Part shown: positions 11,872 through 21,848 of the stretch, piece by piece
Numbering within the stretch: position 1 is the stretch's first letter
Layout of the letters: each line of letters begins with the position of its first letter
Notes under the pieces: model-generated
What the model was told of the DNA's origin: nothing
The model's database searches: none
The model's input: only the letters and a program-made list of their open reading frames with translations
Origin: Candidatus Asgardarchaeum abyssi
Lineage (GTDB): Archaea > Asgardarchaeota > Asgardarchaeia > Asgardarchaeales > Asgardarchaeaceae
Assembly: GCA_040225955.1 (NCBI GenBank)
Contig: JBECUL010000027.1
Location: 1 to 31,232, forward strand
DNA length: 31,232 nt
Direction of reading: 5' to 3'
Translations under genes and position numbers: made by a program

Positions 11872-12624
11872 ATGATGGGAATGCGATTAAAAATAACTGC
11901 CACCGTCACGAAGAAGGGAATTCTTGAGTTCAATCATCAGCACTTTCTTTCTGGTATAATATACAATAAACTACTATACGTAAACCCAGTATATGCAACG
12001 CTTCTTCATAATAGGAAAGGATTCAAATTCTTTACTTTCTCCTGGGTTATGTTCTCTAGAGAAAATGTTAAAAGAACAGAGCAAGGTTTCCTACTACCTC
12101 TTGGCCACGAAATTTGGTTTTATGTTTCATCACCAGATAAACAATTCATAAAATATCTACTACAAGGATTCTTAGGTCAGACATCTCTTGCTATTGGAAA
12201 ACTAGAGTGTATCGTCGAAAATGTAAAAATCTTCGATAGAAAAATCTCAAAAAGAAAAGTCCTCTTCGAAACAATGTCCCCCATTATCACTACAACACTT
12301 AGAGAAGAAAATGGAAAACTGAAAATTTTTGATTTACCCCCTACTGAGGAAAAGTTCTACGAAAATATTTCTAAAAACCTTCTGAAAAAGTATAACGAAT
12401 TCTATAAAACGAACATCGAAAATCCAACCTTCAAAATAGAAAAAATCATCTGGGTAAAGTCAAAGAAAATAAAATACAAAAATCTCTTCTTTACTGGATA
12501 CCTTATGAAATTTATTGCGTCTGGATCACCAGAACTACTTCAAATGGCTTATGATGCCGGGCTAGGTGAAAAAAATAGCTCTGGTTTTGGAATGCTAAAA
12601 ATTGTATCAAGAAAAAGAAAATAA
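11872..12624 (+). CDS. cas6: CRISPR-associated endoribonuclease Cas6
   Basis: LHNRKGFKFFTFS, SPI and the C-terminal Gly-rich loop GLGEKNSSGFG. Confidence 0.95.
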   Translation: MMGMRLKITATVTKKGILEFNHQHFLSGIIYNKLLYVNPVYATLLHNRKGFKFFTFSWVMFSRENVKRTEQGFLLPLGHEIWFYVSSPDKQFIKYLLQGFLGQTSLAIGKLECIVENVKIFDRKISKRKVLFETMSPIITTTLREENGKLKIFDLPPTEEKFYENISKNLLKKYNEFYKTNIENPTFKIEKIIWVKSKKIKYKNLFFTGYLMKFIASGSPELLQMAYDAGLGEKNSSGFGMLKIVSRKRK

Positions 12625-12787
12625 TTTTGATCAATCTATTTTAAAAAAGCCTTATATCCTAAATGAAAGTTTATTATGAATTTGAGAAATCATGGAAAAT
12701 CCGCACTACCAATAAACACTTAAAGAATGTACATCTGGAATCATTTGAATAATTTCAAAATAATCAAGAAGATTCTGAGGGAGTTGC

Positions 12788-14200
12788 ATGAAGAATCTCT
12801 TGACAACATTTATCATCCTTATAATTTTGATGTCACTCATTTCCACGAATATTACCATAGTTGACTCATTGAATAATAATAGAGATTACTATGCTAAGAT
12901 CTACTTCTTTGAATTCGTGAGAAATACCACGCATATATTGGTTCAAAAGGCTTTAAAATTATGGCAAGAACATGGCAACAAATCTTACCTCATTTTCCCT
13001 GTGTATAATCAACTGAAAAACAGAGTAAAATCCCCTTTCGATACTAGAACTCTCGCGTTTTTTATATATGCATTCATGAGTACTGGTAATTATGCTTACC
13101 TAAAATACGCTCTTAGAACGGCAAACGACATCATAAAATTAAATTTAACTACAAATCCTGCATACTTCGCTTGGCTCTTTCAGTTTAATAGAAGCTACAT
13201 GGCATATGCTAAAAGGCTAATAAACAATATAATTAAAGACATAACTCCATCTGGTCTACCAGGATATAATAACAAGACGTATAGATTGCCTTGGGATGTA
13301 TGTTCTTCAACCCTTGCACCATTGATAAAAATGTATGAGTACACTCAGAACAAAACCTATCTTGATACTGCTACTAATGTGATTTTCTCAATTTTCAAAT
13401 ATCTGGCAAATAATAAAACCATGCTTTTAAACGATGGCTACAGAATCAATAATTCAAAAATAGAAATAGTTGATAACTTCCAACGAGTCTATTCCGCAGG
13501 ATTATTAATCTCAAATATGTTATATTTATATTTGCTGAGCAAAAATCAAACACTGCTAATGCTCTTAAAGAATTATGTAAAGACCATTATTAAGTACTTT
13601 TGGATGGGAAATCATTGGGCATACAGGGTATACAGCTCTGGAAAAATAATGTACAACTACCTCGAAACCAATTTCTATAAGTTGGATTATGCTTTGTTTC
13701 TTTTTTACCACTATATAGAAAGAAATTCTGCAATATTGAAAATTATAAAGCAAAGTGTCAATTATGCGCTTCAAAAAACACGGTATGGCCTATTTAAACA
13801 TGCATCCTTCACCTCAGACGGACTAATTTATGCACAACTGGGTAGTTTTGTGTATTTACTCAAATTTCTCAATTTGGAGGATGCTATAACTAATAGGACA
13901 TATTCCGTCGTGAACAGCTTTTTGAAAAGATACGGATTCGTTCAGGCAGTATACCTTGAGGACAATATATACGGCTATCCTCCCTACAAACACTTCGACA
14001 TAAGCGAATATGGACCATGTATAACATTCTATAGCACGGCATATATGTATAGCTCCCTATACTTAATTGCTAATACCACTTGGATGCCATTCCCCCTTAC
14101 CTACGACCCTAATGTTGATCTCCCACTCTATCCATACTTTGGATATCCTTCTAATAGCATTTTGATTCAAAAAGGTCAATTAATTATTATCAATTGGTGA
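12788..14200 (+). CDS. Secreted protein with putative (alpha/alpha)6 six-hairpin glycosidase-like fold
   Basis: Signal peptide MKNLLTTFIILIILMSLIS; repeated helical-hairpin motifs (AFMSTGNYAYLKYA, MYEYTQNKTYLDTA, LYLLSKNQTLL); many NxS/T sequons; Tyr/Asn-rich. Confidence 0.55.
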   Translation: MKNLLTTFIILIILMSLISTNITIVDSLNNNRDYYAKIYFFEFVRNTTHILVQKALKLWQEHGNKSYLIFPVYNQLKNRVKSPFDTRTLAFFIYAFMSTGNYAYLKYALRTANDIIKLNLTTNPAYFAWLFQFNRSYMAYAKRLINNIIKDITPSGLPGYNNKTYRLPWDVCSSTLAPLIKMYEYTQNKTYLDTATNVIFSIFKYLANNKTMLLNDGYRINNSKIEIVDNFQRVYSAGLLISNMLYLYLLSKNQTLLMLLKNYVKTIIKYFWMGNHWAYRVYSSGKIMYNYLETNFYKLDYALFLFYHYIERNSAILKIIKQSVNYALQKTRYGLFKHASFTSDGLIYAQLGSFVYLLKFLNLEDAITNRTYSVVNSFLKRYGFVQAVYLEDNIYGYPPYKHFDISEYGPCITFYSTAYMYSSLYLIANTTWMPFPLTYDPNVDLPLYPYFGYPSNSILIQKGQLIIINW

Positions 14201-14397
14201 GCTTCAGAAATTTCTGAAAATCATTTTTGTAATTAATGCTAAGTATTAGGGAGAAAAATATGAAAAATAGATTATATTCACCCTAACACTTCTGTTTTTT
14301 AAATATTATTTTTAAAACAACACTAAGATCATATTGCTTTAACAAAGTAGTACCATAAAAGTGGTAAAATGCAAAGTAAAAGTTTTAGAAAAATTCT

Positions 14398-17300
14398 CTT
14401 TCAATTCTACACTAGTCTTATTGAGACTTTCGCAAAGAATGTAAGGTATAGAATTTACATCAGTCAAATAATACCACTTACTTGATGTAGCCTCTGACCC
14501 TGACCCATCGTTTGGATCATTAAGTGTTTTGTTTTCAAACTTTCAATTCTACACTAGTCTTATTGAGACTCGCCCAATGTCTCGAACCTGTAAGCAGTAA
14601 GAAATCTCTTTCAATTCTACACTAGTCTTATTGAGACATTGACAAGGGCATCTACAAGCAGCAAGCAAGCCTGCCTTTCAATTCTACACTAGTCTTATTG
14701 AGACTAATGCGTGATTCTGACTTTACAAAGAAACAAAAAGCTCTTTCAATTCTACACTAGTCTTATTGAGACTTGTAAAAGGAAAAATATCGCGAGAAAT
14801 AGCTAACAAACTTTCAATTCTACACTAGTCTTATTGAGACTAAAACACTCGATATAGGCATTCCTATCGGCACTCTCTTTCAATTCTACACTAGTCTTAT
14901 TGAGACAATATTAACACTCCGCCCGCCACTCGGATCTTATTTCTTCTTTCAATTCTACACTAGTCTTATTGAGACCAGAATATTTTCCGAAGGAGAGCGA
15001 ATGCCATTGGATCTTTCAATTCTACACTAGTCTTATTGAGACACGATTAGGAGTATGGAGGTGTTAGGGAGCAAGATATATAATACTTTCAATTCTACAC
15101 TAGTCTTATTGAGACGATCATCTCAAGGTGAAAGCGGCTCAATTTATCGCCTTTCAATTCTACACTAGTCTTATTGAGACATGAGCCTTCTGACAGTTGG
15201 GCAGTCATCTCCAAACAGTCTTTCAATTCTACACTAGTCTTATTGAGACGGCCCGATTGCGATTTGAGAAATTCTTAAATCAATGCGCTTTCAATTCTAC
15301 ACTAGTCTTATTGAGACGACGCTTACGCTTTATTGAAAACGATAAAAGAGCTACTTTCAATTCTACACTAGTCTTATTGAGACATTGGTGTTTCCGTAAC
15401 CCCAATAGTCAACCTTAAGACTTTCAATTCTACACTAGTCTTATTGAGACACGGACGGTGGTGCTTGGAGATTGGCAGCAAGCCACTTTCAATTCTACAC
15501 TAGTCTTATTGAGACTCGTTGTTCGCTTGCACGACAGCGATGAGAACAAATCTTTCAATTCTACACTAGTCTTATTGAGACTTCGCAACTCTTGAGAGAC
15601 TATGAAGTTTTCATGCTCTTTCAATTCTACACTAGTCTTATTGAGACCGAAGGACATCAAGCAGGATGGCATGATGCGAATAGCTTTCAATTCTACACTA
15701 GTCTTATTGAGACTCCGATTTTCGAGGGGGATGCAGAAAAGTTACCCTTACTTTCAATTCTACACTAGTCTTATTGAGACACATCTGCATCTTCTCAATG
15801 TACTTGAGATTCTCGAAGCTATCTTTCAATTCTACACTAGTCTTATTGAGACAACGCAATGAAGGAAAAAGAAAGCCTCTTTTGTCAGCTTTCAATTCTA
15901 CACTAGTCTTATTGAGACTAAGAATCCACGAGGGTGACGTTATACCGTTACCCGACTTTCAATTCTACACTAGTCTTATTGAGACACTCTTTAAACCAAT
16001 TACTCCAAAATATTGCTGAAAATCGCTTTCAATTCTACACTAGTCTTATTGAGACATGCATACTGGTAAGATTGCTAAGCCATACGTTTAACTGCTTTCA
16101 ATTCTACACTAGTCTTATTGAGACATAGAGCTCACGCAATACTGCCTCTTTTTCTTGCTTCTTTCAATTCTACACTAGTCTTATTGAGACTCTTTTTATC
16201 TCCCCAAGAGTATAAGCCACCAGCTTCTTTCAATTCTACACTAGTCTTATTGAGACAATTAACTACAAAATCTTGATATGTATTGAATAATCGCTTTCAA
16301 TTCTACACTAGTCTTATTGAGACTGAATAAGCTCATCTGCTACTGCAGCAGCTTCTTTCTTTCAATTCTACACTAGTCTTATTGAGACTTATTGGACGAG
16401 GAGAGGCCTATTGATGAGCTTGTAGCCTTTCAATTCTACACTAGTCTTATTGAGACTCTATTTCGGCCGTCTCGCTCTCGCCTTCCTCCGCTCTCTTTCA
16501 ATTCTACACTAGTCTTATTGAGACAGCGTGTATTAGAAGAATCAGAAGAAAGACTACCCGCTTTCAATTCTACACTAGTCTTATTGAGACTGGGGCTGTG
16601 CTCCTTATTCATGACTTTGACGATTTCTTTCAATTCTACACTAGTCTTATTGAGACGAGCTTGCCACGGCCAGCAATTAATTCGAAATCCGCCTTTCAAT
16701 TCTACACTAGTCTTATTGAGACTTATGTCTTTGGTAACATTGCTGTAAACAGTTACGTGCTTTCAATTCTACACTAGTCTTATTGAGACTCCATAACCTT
16801 AATGTTTTTGTCGCTGGATCTTGTTTCTTTCAATTCTACACTAGTCTTATTGAGACAACAAGATCCTATCAAAACTATTAGATAGCTCCTTTGTCTTTCA
16901 ATTCTACACTAGTCTTATTGAGACAGATATCAATCACTTCTTATCACCTTTCTCAGTTTCTGCTTTCAATTCTACACTAGTCTTATTGAGACCAAGAAAT
17001 GCTTAAGTGGTTTGATACGTGGTGGAAACTTTCAATTCTACACTAGTCTTATTGAGACAAGCCATTAACGAAGTCCTCCATGTAGTTATGCTCCACTTTC
17101 AATTCTACACTAGTCTTATTGAGACGGGAGGCATAATCACATGGCGAGAAAAAGATATACTTGCTTTCAATTCTACACTAGTCTTATTGAGACCGAGACT
17201 ACTCCTAAGGAGCTTTTAACAGCATTAGCAATCTTTCAATTCTACACTAGTCTTATTGAGACAGCCTTCACGGCTGGCGATTTCATATGGGAGTTAAGGG

Positions 17301-19911
17301 CCTTTCAATTCTACACTAGTCTTATTGAGACGCTTTATCTCTTGCCGTCTGAATTAATGCTGTGTTACTTTCAATTCTACACTAGTCTTATTGAGACATA
17401 GCTATCGTAAGTTGTAGTTGTTGAATCTGCTACTCCTCTTTCAATTCTACACTAGTCTTATTGAGACAGGAAGAAGACGATGAACTCGATGAATGATACA
17501 AAAACTTTCAATTCTACACTAGTCTTATTGAGACTTTGCACTTATTCGAGTTCGACGTGAAAATCAGAACGGTTGCTTTCAATTCTACACTAGTCTTATT
17601 GAGACTATGCTGCTGTTAACTTGCACAATTAAAATGCCGTTCCTTTCAATTCTACACTAGTCTTATTGAGACCTTAAAAATACTTTTAGCAACTGCTAAA
17701 TCTGTAACTGCCTTTCAATTCTACACTAGTCTTATTGAGACTAATTCGAGTACTTCCTCCTTTATTGCACTTGAATAAAACTTTCAATTCTACACTAGTC
17801 TTATTGAGACTAGTTTTTAGTATATCAAGAGTAAAACCTCTCGTGTTGCTTTCAATTCTACACTAGTCTTATTGAGACATTCTACAACAATATCTCGTGC
17901 AATGTTTTTCAATTCCTTTCAATTCTACACTAGTCTTATTGAGACAATAAGAAAACATAAGAAGTTAGACATGAGAAAAACTTTCAATTCTACACTAGTC
18001 TTATTGAGACGGTGGGTGCAGAGATAGACATATATCACAATCGAAACTTTCAATTCTACACTAGTCTTATTGAGACCGTTTTCATAATCGAGACACTGCC
18101 ATATCTTCTTGATCTTTCAATTCTACACTAGTCTTATTGAGACATATGTGGGCATGCCAGAGCCAGTGAAACTGAAACCAGCTTTCAATTCTACACTAGT
18201 CTTATTGAGACGATATGAAGATGTCCACGTCTATGTGTGTTATGTCCTCACTTTCAATTCTACACTAGTCTTATTGAGACGATACAAGCAGGTAATGTCA
18301 CAGTCTCTGGTCAAGTTGATGCTTTCAATTCTACACTAGTCTTATTGAGACAAACCTATTACTGTAAACATGGTAATTCTAAACATTTTCTGCTTTCAAT
18401 TCTACACTAGTCTTATTGAGACAGAAGAGCTGTGCTATTTCTATAAGCACAAGAATAGCTTTCAATTCTACACTAGTCTTATTGAGACTTTCTTTTTGTT
18501 TTTTTATTGTATTGGATAATGCAATCTTTCAATTCTACACTAGTCTTATTGAGACTCGACATTTTTATATACACCTCAAACGAATCTTATTCCAGGCTTT
18601 CAATTCTACACTAGTCTTATTGAGACTCTAATGGTGTTATATCATGATCAAGAGCGATGTTGCTTTCAATTCTACACTAGTCTTATTGAGACTCTAATTT
18701 TTTCTGATATGCCCCGATATCGGGAATTTCTTTCAATTCTACACTAGTCTTATTGAGACTTTATGTACTCCCACACATCGTCATCCGTCCACAATCCAAC
18801 TTTCAATTCTACACTAGTCTTATTGAGACTTTTTATCACCTTTACCTAATGCCTAATTTCTTAGGCATTCTTTCAATTCTACACTAGTCTTATTGAGACC
18901 GAGACAAAATAAAGCCTCGCTTGGCCAAATCATAAAAACTTTCAATTCTACACTAGTCTTATTGAGACAAAAGTCTAATAAACATTCTATTTGAGACAAG
19001 TGACTTTCAATTCTACACTAGTCTTATTGAGACTTTTTCCCCGAAAAAATATAACGCACACTCTATTCATCTTGCTTTCAATTCTACACTAGTCTTATTG
19101 AGACACGCTCTGTAAACTCTGACATTTTTTGAACTATAGAACTTTCAATTCTACACTAGTCTTATTGAGACACCTACCCTACAAGAGAATCATAATATGC
19201 GATAGGGACTTTCAATTCTACACTAGTCTTATTGAGACATAAATATTTAATTAGTAGTTTTTACTACAAAAATTTCTTTCAATTCTACACTAGTCTTATT
19301 GAGACTCGTTCAACTCCATCTTCACCAACAATTCTAAGAGCTCTTTCAATTCTACACTAGTCTTATTGAGACGTGAAGTGATGTCCAACCAAATGCTCCA
19401 GTAAGTGTCTTTCAATTCTACACTAGTCTTATTGAGACGCGAAACCGTATTTCTGTTATCTAACACTCTACCAGCCTTTCAATTCTACACTAGTCTTATT
19501 GAGACTAGCTCAGGTGGGACCGGTGTTGCTGTGTTAAGAGTTTCTTTCAATTCTACACTAGTCTTATTGAGACTCCAAGCGAATTACTCCGAACTGCTCT
19601 GTCCCAGCCTCCTTTCAATTCTACACTAGTCTTATTGAGACATCATAACTTTTAAAAACAAAAACATATTTTGTATTCTTTCAATTCTACACTAGTCTTA
19701 TTGAGACAAGAAAGGAAAGTTACCTGGTTTTACCCAACCATTGTCCTTTCAATTCTACACTAGTCTTATTGAGACAACGGTGACTCTCTAAAATAATCCT
19801 TCAAGAGAGATCTTTCAATTCTACACTAGTCTTATTGAGACGTTGGTAGCATCCAAATGTAGTTTGGGTCCACATACTTAACTTTCAATTCTACACTAGT
19901 CTTATTGAGAC
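14398..19911 (-). CRISPR. CRISPR array: 81 repeats / 80 spacers; repeat GTCTCAATAAGACTAGTGTAGAATTGAAAG (crRNA sense); spacers mostly 35-43 bp
   Basis: Identical 30-bp CTTTCAATTCTACACTAGTCTTATTGAGAC on + from 14398 to 19911 (hand count). The ATTGAAAG end and the leader on the right give the - orientation. Confidence 0.98.
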
Positions 19912-20203
19912 AGGCGTGGTTTATTTCTTTTTTCGGGTAAATAAGCTTTTTCCTTCCTTTTTCTGCTTATAAGGGTTCCAAGATCCCCATAACAGTGTGA
20001 TTCCCTAAGGGATATCCGACGAATTCTTTAACCTTTATTTTGAAAACAAAGGATTTTAAAACGGCTATGATAAAAAATGTTAGTTTTCCTCGTGATAAAC
20101 TTATCTAAAGGTGTTCATATTTTTCCATTTGCGGAAATAAGCAATTTTTGATACATGATATTTTATGAGCATAAAATATATAACAGTGTGATGTTGGAAA
20201 TTT
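19912..20203 (-). promoter_or_regulatory. CRISPR leader 1 with BRE/TATA (GAAAAAGCTTATTTA on -, 19938-19952)
   Basis: AT-rich, abuts the terminal repeat and is homologous to 30940-31231 in inverted orientation. Confidence 0.9.
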
Positions 20204-20285
20204 TACGAGAGAGAATAAATATATAAAGAATTCCAAATTTGATATAGAAACATTACAAGTAACTTCTAACTTAGTATATATTTTA

Positions 20286-21848
20286 TTGACTGGTGATAAG
20301 AGGATGTTGCAAGGTTTTTTAAGGCTGGTTTTTCCATTTTTTCTTCCTCATGAGCATTCATTCAAGGTAAAGCAGAAAGTATTAGATGATGTAATGAATG
20401 CTTTATGCAATTTCTTTCAAGAAGAGGCAGATTCTACATCGGGCACTATATGTCCGACTATTTTTAAGAGAAAGATTTTGTATTTGATTTACCAGAGGAT
20501 GTTAACTCTTCATAAAAAGGCTATTTTGAATCTTTTAGACATAGCTCTATTACGGGAAGACGTAGAAGGAAGGGTGAAGGGATATTTTGATGGGAATCGA
20601 TTTAGGCTATCTGTTGATTTACTTTTCTCCCCAGCTGGTTTTATCTTTGTTGTTTTTAGTGGGGAGTTTCATGCAAGCGAAACAACTCTTTTTTCGATTC
20701 TTACTAACAAAAAAGTGCCAGAGTTTAGTTTTGGTGGTAAAAAAAGCACTTTGCAGAGTATTGCCATAAATATCACACGACATTTTCTTCAAAAGATGAC
20801 CTCCCAAGATAATCTTATTGCTAATTTGCTTACTCCTTACTTTATTGTTGGATTTAACTCAAAGAGTGTAGCGTCTTTAGGAGACGTAGGATCCTTTTTG
20901 AAAGGTGTTTGTATTAAGGACGCCAATTGGAGAACACGGGCTGTTTGGCCAACTCGTTTAAAAAGAATTGGGAATAGAAAGGGTGACATAATTATATTGT
21001 GCAGAGGTGGTATATCGTATATCGTGCCAACACTAGAGGGGAAGCAACTGATTTGGAAGAGAAAGCGTTTTAGAGAGAGGTTGTCATTCATTCAAAACAT
21101 AGTTATTCAGCAGAGCTTCTTGCTGAGTGAGATTAAAAATAATCTTTCAGAGCTTCTAATTGTGTCAGATTACAAAACAAAAATTGAAGTTCTTAATATG
21201 GTATTTCAATCGTTGAATCCATATGTATTTCTCGATAAGTCGCTGGACATATTTCAGTCCTCATTGCTTCTGAAAACTTATAAGAGCTTTGTAGAAATTT
21301 ATGAGATACAGAGTTTGTATGACAACTTGTTAAATGACATAAAACTCGCGATTTCCAGATTTCCTGCAAGTGAATTTATAGAGATTTTTGAGTATTTCTA
21401 TAAAAGGAAGATTCCAAAAGTAAACGCTATGCTTGGGCTTTTAAGGCAAGAGAAAGAGAAAGAAGATGTAATTCAAATGATTATAAAAACGTATAATGCT
21501 CGGCTTGAGGAAAATGAACTAAAGGTTATTGATGTACTTGCTGAAAAATACATTGAGGATGTAATTTCTATCATGAAATATAGAAGACCTATCATGAGTC
21601 CTGAGGATGCTGGGTGGCTCTCTACAAATAAAATTCAAATTCTTACGGGTATAAAGAAAAACATAATATTTGGTACTTCTACTACGGTCAGTCCCCTAAA
21701 GAAGTTGCTTTTATGGGATTTAATTGAAGTTAAAAAGCCAAAAAAAGCAGTGGGACGTGCTACATACTATAGAATAAAGTTCAAAAATGAACTAATCAAA
21801 GAGTACCTTAAGAAGGTGTATTTTGAGAAGTTCCAGAGTAATAGTTAA
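20286..21848 (+). CDS. Hypothetical protein with C-terminal winged helix-turn-helix (likely start ATG 20304)
   Basis: GGTGA at 20292 precedes ATG 20304. The C-terminus LEENELKVIDVL...LSTNKIQILTGIKK...LKKLLLWDLIEV...GRATYYRI has a wHTH pattern. No TM segment is apparent. Confidence 0.7.
   Translation: MTGDKRMLQGFLRLVFPFFLPHEHSFKVKQKVLDDVMNALCNFFQEEADSTSGTICPTIFKRKILYLIYQRMLTLHKKAILNLLDIALLREDVEGRVKGYFDGNRFRLSVDLLFSPAGFIFVVFSGEFHASETTLFSILTNKKVPEFSFGGKKSTLQSIAINITRHFLQKMTSQDNLIANLLTPYFIVGFNSKSVASLGDVGSFLKGVCIKDANWRTRAVWPTRLKRIGNRKGDIIILCRGGISYIVPTLEGKQLIWKRKRFRERLSFIQNIVIQQSFLLSEIKNNLSELLIVSDYKTKIEVLNMVFQSLNPYVFLDKSLDIFQSSLLLKTYKSFVEIYEIQSLYDNLLNDIKLAISRFPASEFIEIFEYFYKRKIPKVNAMLGLLRQEKEKEDVIQMIIKTYNARLEENELKVIDVLAEKYIEDVISIMKYRRPIMSPEDAGWLSTNKIQILTGIKKNIIFGTSTTVSPLKKLLLWDLIEVKKPKKAVGRATYYRIKFKNELIKEYLKKVYFEKFQSNS

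Noticed and set aside
18693-18729. 11-nt match (ATATGCCCCGA) between this spacer and the structured region at 23543-23553
   Set aside because: The match is mid-spacer rather than in the seed and does not extend on either side; it is compatible with chance.
18969-19003. Spacer containing TTGAGAC, identical to the repeat end
   Set aside because: Only ~7 nt plus loose flanks; spacer length is normal; insufficient to claim a repeat-derived or anti-CRISPR-RNA target.
15197-19629. Many short ORFs with repeated FNSTLVLLR / FQFYTSLIET / LNKTSVELK
   Set aside because: These are translations of the CRISPR repeat, not genes.
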